Shown here piece by piece: positions 37,001-47,027 of a stretch of 64,000 bases of DNA. Position 1 is the stretch's first letter; the number at the start of each line of letters is the position of its first letter. Origin of the DNA: a virus; the IMG/VR virus record IMGVR_UViG_3300032293_001706, positions 64,001 to 128,000 of that record; one strand, written 5' to 3'. The position numbers were made by a program, and so were the translations under genes. The notes under the pieces were generated by a model, which worked only from the letters and a program-made list of their open reading frames with translations, was not told the origin of the DNA and searched no databases.

Positions 37001-40000
37001 TCATTACCTTTAACCACTTTATATGAAAGATATTTAGATATCGCAAATAATGTTAAGGATGAATATATTTTTGCGTCTTTAAATAAATTTTCGGCAATTC
37101 ATAAGTTACCATATGCTTGGATTTTAAAGATAGGTTCTGTATGGTACAGATATAAAGAATATGTAAATAATAATGTTGATATTTTAGATAGTATTTGGAA
37201 AGATTTTAATTATAAAAAAGCTTACGACCCACAGAGCTCAAATGATAAAAAAGTTTACAGTATAATACAAAATAACTCAACAACAAAATCTAATTTTATT
37301 CTAAACGACACACAAAAAATAAATGTAGGATTTTATCCTGGTTTATATAACAGCGTTTATAAGATAATTACAGATTCTGATTTATTTAATAACGATGTTG
37401 ACAATAAAGACAAAAGTTTTTGGGATAAACTAAAGGTTTCTCTTGATAGTAGTTTACAAACTAAAAAACCTGAAGGAGACATAAATCCATATTTTTCAAC
37501 ATTTAAAATAACGACTGACGAGAGTGATGATTTTGGGCCATCAAACATCGGAAAATATCTTGTAATGCCATCTTGTGGGTTTCTACCATTTCAGCAGGCG
37601 TATTATCAAGTAACCACCAATGGTAATAATGATAATGTGTCCAAGGAAAAAGTTAATGTACCTCAAACTTTTAATGGTAGTACTAAAGTATTTTGGGAAG
37701 CACCAAATTATGGTTGGTTTGATAATACAAAAATCAATAAACCAAACTTTAATGAATACCTAAAATATGTTGTGGCACAAGACAATCAGCCAGAACAATT
37801 TGAGTTTTACTTATCAAAAACGAAATATAGTAATATTGAAGACATTTTTGGTGTCTTTGATTATAACCAATTAGATTTATTTGAAAATGAGTTTTTAGAG
37901 TTTTCAAAAGAAGATGGTAGTTCACAGTTAGTTCAAAACTCCGATATTGCTTATACAAATTTTAAACAATTATTTAAAAAAATGATGATTGTTGAAATTG
38001 CAGACGCTAACAATCTTTCAGACATAAGTAAAAAACAATCAACAATAATTACAGAAACATTAAATAAATTTATGGAAATACCCGTTTATTTAAAAAACGG
38101 AAACCCAAAAAAGTTTGATAGGATAAATTTTGGTAATTTCATAAATGGAAATTCTGGTGGTAGTGGAGTAACTAGAATGATACCAAGTCAAAGAAAAAAT
38201 TATGGTAATTATGTACCAAATTCAATTCAGACATCTAAAACTAACAATGACATTAATTGGAAAACACTCAAACTATATGTTGGAGATTCAACCATTTCAA
38301 ACCTAAGTCTAACTGACAACTCATATGTTTATGACTTCTTTATAGATAACAATATTGCGTTTACAGAACAAAATATAAAAGACCTGTCTAAGTTAATTAA
38401 GATATATGCAACACAAAAAAGATTAAACAATGGTGAATATAACTCTCAAAGGTTTAAGGAAGATATAACCAAATTAATGAGTGATACATATGAAAAAAGA
38501 ACAAATATTGAAACCCAACTTAGAAGTAGATTAAGTAATTTAACAAATGGAACACAAAACAATGAAATCACCATTAACAAATATGAAGGGGATGAAACCA
38601 AATTGGAAATGTGGGAATTATTTAAAGCAATAAATGATAAATGGGTCGCAGGTATTGATTTTAAACGAAGAACAATATTTGAAGAATTTTTATTTTTTGA
38701 TAGGGCTAATAGAGATATTGGTGATGATTTTATAATTAAAGTGGATTCGGTTAGAAAATATTGTACTTGGGAAAACTCAAATACTTCTGTAATGAATTTG
38801 ATTAGTATGTTATTAAGGGATAATAAGATGAATTTTTTTGTTATGCCGGCATATATTAATTTTTATGGAAAACCTTCAAAAAGGTTTACAACACAAAATG
38901 AAACAATATTAAATAACGCAAATGATGTTTTTAGTACGTTTGGTTATGTTGATTATACATCATCCGCGCCAAAATTTTTATGTCAATATATAGGTAGGCC
39001 ATCAGAAACGTTGTCAATGGACAATGACCCAAAATATCCATTTAAAAGTGATTCATTTGATTTAGGTCAAAACGCTGGAAACCCAATTAGAAATACAAAT
39101 CCTGTAACAAATCAATTTAATAACAATAAAGCGGTTGGGTTTGTTGTTGATTTTGGGGTTACAAATCAAAATGTTTTTACATCTTTTGAAATATCACAAA
39201 ATCAAAACGTAACATCTTCAGAACAAATTCAGATTGTTGTTGATATGGGTCGTTTAGGAGGTAATAAAAAAACTTCACAACAGACAACAGCATTATATGA
39301 GTTATATAAAAATAGGGTTTATAATTCAACAATTAAAACATTAGGTAATGTAATGATACAACCAACAATGTATTTTGTTATAAGACATATGCCAATGTTT
39401 AATGGGACTTATGTGATTAGAAATGTAAAACACTCGATTTCACCTGGAAATTTTGAAACCACATTTGAAGGACAAAGAATATCTGCACTTTCAAATTCAA
39501 AAATAAATAACGAGTTGGCTTCTTTAAATGAGGACTTTACAAAAAAATTAAACGATAAAGTAAAAACATTGGTTTCTAATAATCAATTAGTTGTTAGAAA
39601 TAATTCAAACCAATATGTTACAGGACAAGACGCCAAAAATATAAATATATCAATTAGAATACCATATCAAGGTAATATTGTAACCGCGATAGATAGTAGT
39701 GAACAGACATGTAATGAAAATCTTTATGGATATCCTGATAGTCCACAATCTAAATTAGAGTTAAAAGATTTTAATTCAAGAAAAGTAAGTAAAACTGAAT
39801 TAATTAATTTAATACGTACAAACATTGAAGATAAAAATATGAGATTGTTTTTATATTCTTTATTCTTCCTAACAGGGTATGATATATATCAAAATAGTTT
39901 TGAAATTAAGTTAAATAATATTTTTGGAGCGACAGGGGACATTCAATGGAATTCATTGGAAAATGTTAACGGATATAGATGTCTATTAACTAATGAAAGA

Positions 40001-40321
40001 TTTCCGATACCGTATTTAAATTTTGAAACTTTGGATAAATGTTTAACTTTCATGAATTCATATTTTAAAGAACTATTAACTGTTTATTTAAATGACAAAA
40101 CAAATTTCGTATGTACTACCGATGATAGTTATAACCCTAATAATTTGGATAATGATTTTTATAGAACATGTATTACAAATATTTTTGTTAAGTTATTTTA
40201 TGATAAATGGTATACGTCAGGTTCATCAACCAAATATAATGAGAATACTTCATATAATACTTGGATATTAAATACTAGTTTTATTCTAAATGAGAAACAA
40301 ACTAAATCACTTTTGATATAA
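34061..40321 (+). CDS. Very large baseplate hub protein (gp27-like elements)
   Basis: LGIKSINVDI...VSMTLVDIQGR at the N-terminus; TLGNVMIQPTMYF...GTYVIRNVKHSISPGNFETTFEG hub signature. Confidence 0.6.
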   Translation: MADNFGGGENIFYIDDANIVLIDPNAIIDSDGRKKDRVIKQENLVMYANLEVESVPRTKLSVGQSVDSGISNYTIASINFLKPQGKNVFDTSYTDQLTAGRNLQGTVNQLSFDKNDNPQQLNYVDTQLLGIKSINVDIKNNGVPTVSMTLVDIQGRALFETGGNSPYSVFLYYPYPLFRLTLKGYYGKAIQYELMLRSFNASFEQSTGNYNIDLQFIARTSAILDDIRLGYLFALPNMYPRYEVPVINSDTTSQQATASQQQIGVNVAQQSTIVRTSRGYNKIKEVFEEYKKDGLIDSSVPIMTLNEMQINLSKYTQFLNDEFEKLPFEDLVALQKYKETVDTFSTEIEKWRTTYTDNGNILVLTDKTKMYQLKNLTINDESSNTTKSNTANAELEKILNNNKGILETIPRWSKEIAIPDNFFKITNFQKKFTEGEIDYIQTFFNVRGRVVNDPINDEEFLQFKDKLKNRLIEEKVLPTSENSDNSSVSTPNPYYYTFDLFSNDYINLVSVIEQNNQKENERLNGILQDRVKKNGNVNNLPFRPTIRNVVGVIIASVDAFYRLMDEIHEKAWNERDNPDRIRSIISNDTPSPEGKNSTQTTTKNITNFVYPWPQFVQKKEGSGNSEYQITYPGSKSVLNFTNGYDTRVWPEVEFVEQFLYGLTVKDLDYNSDNQISPTLKLNYTPSSAIEFEYVDKIYSNTAVYDFVYEMYERLLLNTYYSGLYYSETNFDLINSGSDMEYSNISNSGLPNGELKKILSDQLTKQNLYDFLKSTSGQNNEGQLWNNFLTQSYNTGYIIQKIKEQSELYSDSEYKNLTKNPIKLTTQDTIVNFLKDPTSSNNTLMDTYPFIIPQFQQKLPGATSINFYDTINTYTLDSQNLFITNQKNNLLPLTKNSSALNGYNNPNIGDADINGYFNTNFSNPNRRMVTEGNVFYSDNNRLTETQTTSMLNTPYFLNSLMESSELSGDTKYVKPAYLLLNSLPLTTLYERYLDIANNVKDEYIFASLNKFSAIHKLPYAWILKIGSVWYRYKEYVNNNVDILDSIWKDFNYKKAYDPQSSNDKKVYSIIQNNSTTKSNFILNDTQKINVGFYPGLYNSVYKIITDSDLFNNDVDNKDKSFWDKLKVSLDSSLQTKKPEGDINPYFSTFKITTDESDDFGPSNIGKYLVMPSCGFLPFQQAYYQVTTNGNNDNVSKEKVNVPQTFNGSTKVFWEAPNYGWFDNTKINKPNFNEYLKYVVAQDNQPEQFEFYLSKTKYSNIEDIFGVFDYNQLDLFENEFLEFSKEDGSSQLVQNSDIAYTNFKQLFKKMMIVEIADANNLSDISKKQSTIITETLNKFMEIPVYLKNGNPKKFDRINFGNFINGNSGGSGVTRMIPSQRKNYGNYVPNSIQTSKTNNDINWKTLKLYVGDSTISNLSLTDNSYVYDFFIDNNIAFTEQNIKDLSKLIKIYATQKRLNNGEYNSQRFKEDITKLMSDTYEKRTNIETQLRSRLSNLTNGTQNNEITINKYEGDETKLEMWELFKAINDKWVAGIDFKRRTIFEEFLFFDRANRDIGDDFIIKVDSVRKYCTWENSNTSVMNLISMLLRDNKMNFFVMPAYINFYGKPSKRFTTQNETILNNANDVFSTFGYVDYTSSAPKFLCQYIGRPSETLSMDNDPKYPFKSDSFDLGQNAGNPIRNTNPVTNQFNNNKAVGFVVDFGVTNQNVFTSFEISQNQNVTSSEQIQIVVDMGRLGGNKKTSQQTTALYELYKNRVYNSTIKTLGNVMIQPTMYFVIRHMPMFNGTYVIRNVKHSISPGNFETTFEGQRISALSNSKINNELASLNEDFTKKLNDKVKTLVSNNQLVVRNNSNQYVTGQDAKNINISIRIPYQGNIVTAIDSSEQTCNENLYGYPDSPQSKLELKDFNSRKVSKTELINLIRTNIEDKNMRLFLYSLFFLTGYDIYQNSFEIKLNNIFGATGDIQWNSLENVNGYRCLLTNERFPIPYLNFETLDKCLTFMNSYFKELLTVYLNDKTNFVCTTDDSYNPNNLDNDFYRTCITNIFVKLFYDKWYTSGSSTKYNENTSYNTWILNTSFILNEKQTKSLLI

Positions 40322-40346
40322 CGATATATTTATAATAAAAAATACT

Positions 40347-40574
40347 ATGAATAGTTTAAAAAACGTATTAGATAATTATTTGCAAAAAGACACAGTTATT
40401 GCAGAAAAAGATTTGGGAAACGGATATAAAGAAGTTTGTGATTTACAAACAGGTGATTGTTATACCGTAAGACTAAAAGACGGTTTAATTGAAAGAGTCG
40501 ATAACACATTAAAATTAAACAGAACTCTACAAGTGGAAACACCACACGGAGTTAAAACATTATTAAGAGACTAA
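40347..40574 (+). CDS. Hypothetical protein
   Basis: 75-aa ORF with TATTTAT at 40327-40333. Confidence 0.65.
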   Translation: MNSLKNVLDNYLQKDTVIAEKDLGNGYKEVCDLQTGDCYTVRLKDGLIERVDNTLKLNRTLQVETPHGVKTLLRD

Positions 40575-40578
40575 AAAA

Positions 40579-41250
40579 ATGAAAACAACAATATCAGAAG
40601 AAATTATCAGAGAGCTTAAAAGACATAACCAAATTAACAAATATATTGTCGAACAGGGAGCTCCCACAGAACCTGAGACACCACCTACACCTGATGAAGT
40701 AACACCACCTACACCTGATGACGCAACATTAGGGGGTGTAACACCATCTCCAGCAGAACCAACAACTGAACCAGGTCAACCTATTGATATTGCAAACGAC
40801 CCTGATGTTGAAGAACTAACAGACGAACCAAACGATACTGTAAATGATACTGTAAGTGATACTGAAAGTGGAACAGAAGAATTGGACATTACCGAACTTG
40901 TTAATTCACAGAAAAATATAGAAAACAAACAAGAAGAATTTATGGGTTCAATTATGGGTAAGTTAGACGACTTAGAACAGAAATTGGCACAAATGGACAA
41001 CATCTTTCAAAAGATAAATGACATTGAAAGTAAAGTTGAAAAGTATAGACCAAAAAGTGCTGAGGAAAAATTACAGTTAAGGTCATTAGATTCATACCCA
41101 TTTAATCAAAAACTTACAGATTTTTTTGATGAAAAGTCCGAAGAGATGGAAAAAACAGGAAAAAATCAATATGTTTTAACAACCGATGACGTTGAAGACG
41201 TTGATGGTCGACAAATTAGAAAAACTTTTGACCAAGCAATTGGAACCTGA
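40579..41250 (+). CDS. Hypothetical acidic / Pro-rich protein with coiled coil
   Basis: 223-aa ORF; internal 20-bp repeat ACACCACCTACACCTGATGA at 40678 and 40702. Confidence 0.65.
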   Translation: MKTTISEEIIRELKRHNQINKYIVEQGAPTEPETPPTPDEVTPPTPDDATLGGVTPSPAEPTTEPGQPIDIANDPDVEELTDEPNDTVNDTVSDTESGTEELDITELVNSQKNIENKQEEFMGSIMGKLDDLEQKLAQMDNIFQKINDIESKVEKYRPKSAEEKLQLRSLDSYPFNQKLTDFFDEKSEEMEKTGKNQYVLTTDDVEDVDGRQIRKTFDQAIGT

Positions 41251-41251
41251 T

Positions 41252-41280
41252 TTGATTTATTAAGATTATTTCTTATACTT
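41252..41280 (+). promoter_or_regulatory. Sigma70-like promoter of the ssb-recA unit
   Basis: TTGATT (41252-41257), 17 nt, TATACT (41275-41280); same -35 hexamer as the polB promoter. Confidence 0.65.
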
Positions 41281-41317
41281 ATTTTACAACTAAAATAACT
41301 ATTTAATACAACAAATT

Positions 41318-42175
41318 ATGATGACAGATTCAACATTTGATGCCGTATTGGCGCAGTACGAACAAAACTCAAAACCTTTTGGTGATACACCAAAAATGAC
41401 AGAAGAAGAAAGAATGAAGCGGTATTTCGCGGCAATTCTTCCCAAAGGAGAAAATTCAGGACAACGAAGAATTAGGATTCTCCCAACCAATGACGGAAGT
41501 TCCCCATTTAAAGAAGTGTGGTTTCACGAAATCCAAGTTAATGGTCAATATCAGAAATTTTATGACCCTGATAAAAACGAAGGTGAACGTTCACCACTTA
41601 CCGAAGTTTATGAAGAATTGATGAAAACAGGTAAGGAAAGTGATAAAGAATTGGCAAAACAATATAAAGCACGTAAATTTTATATCGTCAAGGTAATTGA
41701 TAGGGACCATGAAGAAGACGGTGTTAAATTTTGGAGATTTAAACACAATTACAAACAAGACGGAATTCTTGACAAAATCATTCCAATTTGGAGGTCAAAA
41801 GGAAATCTTACAGATGTAAATCAAGGAAGAGACCTCACAATTCAATTGACCAAATCTAAAACCCCAAAAGGTAAAGAATATACTTCAATTCAAACAATTA
41901 TGCACGAGGACCCAAGTCCACTATCAGAAGATAAAGAACTTTCTGAAAAGTGGGAAAAAGATACAACTGTATGGTCAGATGTATATTCTAAAAAACCTAT
42001 TGAATATTTGGAAGCAATTGCTCGTGGAGAAGTACCACGTTGGGATTCTGAAACCAAAAAATATGTATACGGTGAACAAACAACCGAGGTATTTGGAGGT
42101 AACGATATCTTTTCAGAGCAGGTATATTCTGACCCACAAATTGGGATGGGTGCAGACGAAGAATTACCATTCTAA
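41318..42175 (+). CDS. Single-stranded DNA-binding protein (gp32-like)
   Basis: RRIRILP...PFKEVWFH, GVKFWRF, GRDLTI; acidic tail ending DEELPF; upstream of recA. Confidence 0.8.
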   Translation: MMTDSTFDAVLAQYEQNSKPFGDTPKMTEEERMKRYFAAILPKGENSGQRRIRILPTNDGSSPFKEVWFHEIQVNGQYQKFYDPDKNEGERSPLTEVYEELMKTGKESDKELAKQYKARKFYIVKVIDRDHEEDGVKFWRFKHNYKQDGILDKIIPIWRSKGNLTDVNQGRDLTIQLTKSKTPKGKEYTSIQTIMHEDPSPLSEDKELSEKWEKDTTVWSDVYSKKPIEYLEAIARGEVPRWDSETKKYVYGEQTTEVFGGNDIFSEQVYSDPQIGMGADEELPF

Positions 42176-42183
42176 TTTTAACG

Positions 42184-42229
42184 AGCATGGACACATACAT
42201 AGACATTGTGTCCATGCTTTTATTTTTTT
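42184..42229 (+). terminator. Intrinsic terminator after ssb
   Basis: AGCATGGACACA / TGTGTCCATGCT 12-bp stem followed by a T-rich tail. Confidence 0.75.
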
Positions 42230-42256
42230 AACAAAAAAACAAACAACGCATAGACA

Positions 42257-43261
42257 ATGGCAATTAAAAAAAATGATTTTAGCTCGCTGAAGAAAAAATT
42301 TTCAACTTCAGCAAAATATAAACCGCAAAGATATTTTGATTTAGGTAAAGATTTCTTGGATGCGGTTGGACTTCCTGGTCCTGCAATAGGACACTTGAAT
42401 ATGTTCTTGGGACATTCGGATACAGGAAAAACTACCGCAGCGGTTAAAGCTGCTGTGGCAGCACAAAAGATGGGTATATTACCTGTGTTTATTATTACCG
42501 AACAAAAGTGGAGTTTTGAACATGCAAAACTTATGAGTTTTGAATGTAACGAAGTGGTTGATGAAGAAACAGGTGAAACAGACTGGGATGGATTCTTTAT
42601 ATTCAACAATAACTTTCATTATATTGAACAAATTACTGACTATATTAACGAATTGTTGGATGCTCAAGAAAAGGGGGAATTAGATTATAGTTTATGTTTT
42701 ATTTGGGATTCAGTTGGTTCCATTCCATGTAAAATGACTTACGAAGGCAAGGGCGGTCGCCAACACAATGCCGCGGTTCTTGCTGACAAGATTGGTATGG
42801 GTATTAACCAAAGAATTTCAGGTTCAAGAAAATCAGATTCAAAGCATGAAAACACATTGATTATTATTAATCAGCCATGGGTTGAACTTCCTGACAATCC
42901 ATTTGGTCAACCAAAAATTAAGGCAAAAGGTGGTGAAGCAATTTGGTTGAACTCATCTTTGGTGTTTTTATTTGGAAACCAAAAAGGAGCTGGAACCAAT
43001 AAAATTACCGCAACCAAAGACAAACGTAGTGTTAAGTTTGCAATACGCACAAAGATATCCGTATTAAAAAATCATATTAATGGATTGGGATATGAAGACG
43101 GGAAAATAATTGTTACACCTCATGGATTCTTAGCGGGAAAAGACGCTACAGAAGAAAAATCATCAATTGAATCATATAAGAGAGAATATGCTGATTATTG
43201 GAATAATATTATTGGTCTTGATGGTGATTTTGATTTAAAAGAAGAAAAAGTAGAAGAATAA
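42257..43261 (+). CDS. recA: RecA/UvsX-like recombinase
   Basis: Walker A GHSDTGKT, Walker B FIWDSVG, IIINQ, GGEAI. Confidence 0.85.
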   Translation: MAIKKNDFSSLKKKFSTSAKYKPQRYFDLGKDFLDAVGLPGPAIGHLNMFLGHSDTGKTTAAVKAAVAAQKMGILPVFIITEQKWSFEHAKLMSFECNEVVDEETGETDWDGFFIFNNNFHYIEQITDYINELLDAQEKGELDYSLCFIWDSVGSIPCKMTYEGKGGRQHNAAVLADKIGMGINQRISGSRKSDSKHENTLIIINQPWVELPDNPFGQPKIKAKGGEAIWLNSSLVFLFGNQKGAGTNKITATKDKRSVKFAIRTKISVLKNHINGLGYEDGKIIVTPHGFLAGKDATEEKSSIESYKREYADYWNNIIGLDGDFDLKEEKVEE

Positions 43262-43310
43262 AAAAGTTATAATTATTCTACTTTTAGAATATTCGTAAAT
43301 ATTTATTAAT

Positions 43311-43463
43311 ATGGGAAGAAAGAAAAAAGAAGATATTGAAAAAAAAGTTAAGATTGGAATTTCTGTTGACCCCGAACTTCCACAATACTTTAAAGATAAA
43401 TCAATTAATCTTTCTTCTCTTGTTAATAAACTATTAAAAGATTATATTAAAAATGGAAACTAA
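43311..43463 (+). CDS. Small ribbon-helix-helix-like protein (50 aa, absent from the ORF track)
   Basis: MGRKKKEDIEKKVKIGISVDPELPQYFKDKSINLSSLVNKLLKDYIKNGN; TATTTAT 4 nt upstream; overlaps the HNH start. Confidence 0.6.
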   Translation: MGRKKKEDIEKKVKIGISVDPELPQYFKDKSINLSSLVNKLLKDYIKNGN

Positions 43464-44116
43464 AGTTTGTTCTAAATGTAAAGAAGAAAAAAAAGTTTGT
43501 GATTTTGGTAATTCAAAAAAATCAAAAGATGGATTATTGTATTGTTGTAAACAATGTAATAGTGAAAGAGGTAAAAAATATGTTAAAGAAAATTATGAAA
43601 AAACATTAGAACAACATAGAAAATGGAGGTCTAAAAATCCTGAATGGGTTTATGAAAGATATAAAAATTATAGGAAAAATAACCCTGAAAAAGTTAATGA
43701 AATGCTTAAAGAGTGGTATAAAAATAATCCTCAAAAAAGAAAACAATATCGTGAAAATTATAAACCTAGGAAACAAGAACGAAGAAAAGAAAGAAATGAA
43801 AACGACCCAATTTTCAACCTAGTAAATAGAGTCAGATACAGGATAATAAAATATCTTAAAATAAAAAATATAACTAAAAAAAAACAAAACTTTTGAAATC
43901 GTAGGATGTACACCACAAGAACTAAAAGAACATTTGGAAAAAAAATTTGTATCTGGTATGACTTGGGAAAATAGAAACGAATGGCACATCGACCACATAA
44001 TTCCATTATCATCGGCAAAATCAGAAGATGAAATATTGAAATTATGTTACTATACGAATCTTCAACCACTATGGGCAAACGATAATATCAGAAAGAGTAA
44101 CAAAATTTTACAATAA
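43453..44116 (+). pseudogene. HNH homing endonuclease split by a frameshift in an A9 run
   Basis: N-part has CSKC...CKQC and stops at 43896. Removing one A from the run at 43876-43884 gives KKNKTFEIVGCTPQELKEHLE...WHIDHIIP...TNLQPLWANDN. Confidence 0.8.
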
Positions 44117-44133
44117 CGAATACTAAAAAAAAA

Positions 44134-45132
44134 GTGATTAAAACATTAATAGTTGATGCGGACAACCTGTTTAAAATTGGATTTCATGGAGTTAAAGAAT
44201 TTTATCATGAAGGACAACATATTGGCGGAATTTTCCATTTCATCAATGTAATTCAAAGATTTCTTTCAGATTATAATTACGATAAGATTGTAGTGATATG
44301 GGATGGTAACAACAATTCATCACAAAGGAAAAATATATATCCCCAATATAAAGAAAACCGTCGTATAACAATGACGGAAGAAAAAAAGGATTCTTATCAT
44401 TATCAAAAAAATAGGGTTAGACAATATTTGGAAGAAATGTTTGTCAGACAAATTATAATTGATAATCATGAGTGTGATGACATTGTTGCTTACTATTGTA
44501 GTATAAGTAATGAAAAAATTACAATTCTTTCATCAGACAAGGATTTAACACAATTAATAACTCCAAACGTACACATATACTCACCGATAGCGAAACAATG
44601 GATTACAGATAAGCACAAGATTAAATTGGGTAATATTGAAGTTCCTATCCAAAACGTAAAAACTGTAAAGATTATTTTGGGTGATAAGTCAGATAACATT
44701 GAAGGTATATATAATTTTGGTGAAAAAAAACTGTTGAAGTTTTTTCCCGAAATAGTTGATAATGTTCTTACTATTGACAATATTTTGGAAAAATCAGAAC
44801 GTATTTTAAGTGAAGACGAAAAACAAAAACCGATTAGAGATTTATTGGATGGTAGAACCAAATCTGGTTCACTTGGAAAAGAATATTTTACAATACGAGA
44901 AAGTATTGTAAGTTTGTCAAACCCTATAATTACAGAAGAAGCGAAAAGAGAAGTAGAATCATATTATAGTGAAAACATTGACCCTGAAGGTCGAAACTAC
45001 AAAAATTTAATGAGAATGATGATTGAAGACGGTTTCTTCAAGTATCTCCCTAAAAAGGATGATGCTTGGGTGGAATTTATTCAACCAATTTTAAAACTAA
45101 CAAGAAAAGAAAAAAACAGATTTAAAAAATGA
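44134..45132 (+). CDS. 5'-3' exonuclease / RNase H (T4 rnh, PolI 5'-nuclease family)
   Basis: LIVDADN, VIWDG, YKENR, ECDDIVA, SSDKDL, GDKSDNIEG. Confidence 0.9.
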   Translation: MIKTLIVDADNLFKIGFHGVKEFYHEGQHIGGIFHFINVIQRFLSDYNYDKIVVIWDGNNNSSQRKNIYPQYKENRRITMTEEKKDSYHYQKNRVRQYLEEMFVRQIIIDNHECDDIVAYYCSISNEKITILSSDKDLTQLITPNVHIYSPIAKQWITDKHKIKLGNIEVPIQNVKTVKIILGDKSDNIEGIYNFGEKKLLKFFPEIVDNVLTIDNILEKSERILSEDEKQKPIRDLLDGRTKSGSLGKEYFTIRESIVSLSNPIITEEAKREVESYYSENIDPEGRNYKNLMRMMIEDGFFKYLPKKDDAWVEFIQPILKLTRKEKNRFKK

Positions 45133-45593
45133 CAGATATGAAAGAAAAACAGATTGATGTTACCAAAATGGAATTTTTGGTGAAATTGAATGAAAACATT
45201 GTTATTCAAAGGTTTTTTAACGTTAAAAACTTTAATGATGATTCGAAAAAATCTATGGAGGTGCACGAATATCTAAAAGAGACTTGCCAAATGTTAGAAA
45301 ATCAGTTGTGGGTTAAAACACATGACTACATGAATGAGAATATGGAATTAATTATGAGCGACCCGACAATTATGAATACATCCAAAACCGACGGACCTGA
45401 ATGGTTTAACGTTTCGGTAAAGGTTGGAGAACAGACAATTTGTCAGAGAGGGTTTGATGCAAAACCATATCCGCCAAAGGCGAGATATACGCTGGATATG
45501 AGACCAGTTGTAAAAAATGTTTTAAATGATTTAACTGACATTTTTTCAGCTAAAAATTTTTCTAAAAATTATATGAATTATACTCTTGGTTGA
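45129..45593 (+). CDS. Hypothetical protein
   Basis: 154-aa ORF coupled between the exonuclease and helicase genes. Confidence 0.7.
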   Translation: MTDMKEKQIDVTKMEFLVKLNENIVIQRFFNVKNFNDDSKKSMEVHEYLKETCQMLENQLWVKTHDYMNENMELIMSDPTIMNTSKTDGPEWFNVSVKVGEQTICQRGFDAKPYPPKARYTLDMRPVVKNVLNDLTDIFSAKNFSKNYMNYTLG

Positions 45594-45627
45594 TAGTATT
45601 TATCTTCACAAGTCAAATTAGAATTAT

Positions 45628-47004
45628 ATGGGAAACGACAAAAATTTTGGTTATTTAGGTAACACATTTCAAATACAATTAATAAATCAGTTAATTGTCA
45701 ACAAAGATTTTGCTCGCTCCATAATTGACGTTCTGGATTCAAAATATTTTGATAATCAATATTTTAGAATCATCATTCAAATGATAAAGGAATACTATAT
45801 TAAATATGAAAGTGTTCCAACATTTGATACCTTAGACCAATTAACTCGTTCAGAAATAACATCAGAACAAGCAAGAAAAATAGTTCAAGACACTATTTCA
45901 CAAATTAAAGAATCCAAAATTGAAGGTCATCAGTTCGTAATTGAAAAGGCGCTGAAATTCTGTAAACAACAAGAGTTACAGAAAGTAATGACTAAAGCCC
46001 AAAAAATCATTGATAAAGGTGATTTTGAAAGTTATGACCAATTGGAAGAAATGGTAAACAAAGCACTTCAGGTTGGTGAAATAAATAGTGGTGAACAAGA
46101 TGTATTTTCAAATTTAGATGAAGTATTGGATGAGGATTATAGACACCCAATTCCTATCGGAATTCCTGGTATTGATAACTTGTTAAAAGGTGGATTGGCA
46201 AAAGGAGAATTAGGTGTTATTCTCGCACCGACAGGTGTTGGCAAAACCACCGTACTCACAAAAATTGCCAACCACGCATTTAATTTAGGTTATAATGTAC
46301 TTCAAATCTTTTTCGAAGATAACCCCAAAATTGTTCAAAGGAAGCACTTTACATTATGGACGGGTATTGCTCCTGATGAGTTATCCTTCAACAAGGAAGA
46401 GGTTATGGGTAAGGTTAGGACAATTAGAGAAAATTCCAAAAATAGATTAATCTTAAATAAGTTTCCTTCAGACACTCTTACAATGTCACAGATTAAAAAT
46501 CAGGTAAGAAAAATGATTGCTGAGGGTACAAATATAGATATGATTGTTTTGGATTATATTGACTGTATTGTTCCCGAAAAAAATATGGGTGATGAATGGA
46601 AAAGTGAAGGTTCTGTTATGAGAGCATATGAAGCACTTTGTCATGAACTTGACATTGTTGGTTGGACCGCAACACAAGGAAATAGAAGTTCTATTTCGTC
46701 AGATGTTGTAACTACAGACCAAATGGGTGGGTCAATTAAGAAAGCACAAGTAGGACACGTTATTATTACAGTTGCAAAGAGCCTGGCACAAAAAGAACAG
46801 AAGCTCGCGACAATAGCTATTACCAAATCAAGGATTGGAAGTGATGGTATCGTGTTTGAAAATTGCAAATTTGATAATGAACTTTTGGAAATAGATACTG
46901 AAAGTTCGGTAACATTCTTAGGTTTGGAAGAACAGAAGGAAGAGAGAAACAAAAACAGAGTAAGAGAGTTACTCGATAAAAGAAAAAAAGAATCAATAAA
47001 TTAA
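45628..47004 (+). CDS. dnaB: Replicative DnaB-like helicase (gp41-like)
   Basis: LAPTGVGKTT, IVLDYID, WTATQGNR, ITKSRIG. Confidence 0.9.
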   Translation: MGNDKNFGYLGNTFQIQLINQLIVNKDFARSIIDVLDSKYFDNQYFRIIIQMIKEYYIKYESVPTFDTLDQLTRSEITSEQARKIVQDTISQIKESKIEGHQFVIEKALKFCKQQELQKVMTKAQKIIDKGDFESYDQLEEMVNKALQVGEINSGEQDVFSNLDEVLDEDYRHPIPIGIPGIDNLLKGGLAKGELGVILAPTGVGKTTVLTKIANHAFNLGYNVLQIFFEDNPKIVQRKHFTLWTGIAPDELSFNKEEVMGKVRTIRENSKNRLILNKFPSDTLTMSQIKNQVRKMIAEGTNIDMIVLDYIDCIVPEKNMGDEWKSEGSVMRAYEALCHELDIVGWTATQGNRSSISSDVVTTDQMGGSIKKAQVGHVIITVAKSLAQKEQKLATIAITKSRIGSDGIVFENCKFDNELLEIDTESSVTFLGLEEQKEERNKNRVRELLDKRKKESIN

Positions 47005-47027
47005 CTTAAAACAAAAAAATAATTATT

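Noticed and set aside
40678-40870. Short direct repeats in the acidic protein gene (24-nt and 12-nt periods)
   Set aside because: In-frame low-complexity linker expansions with nothing to suggest more
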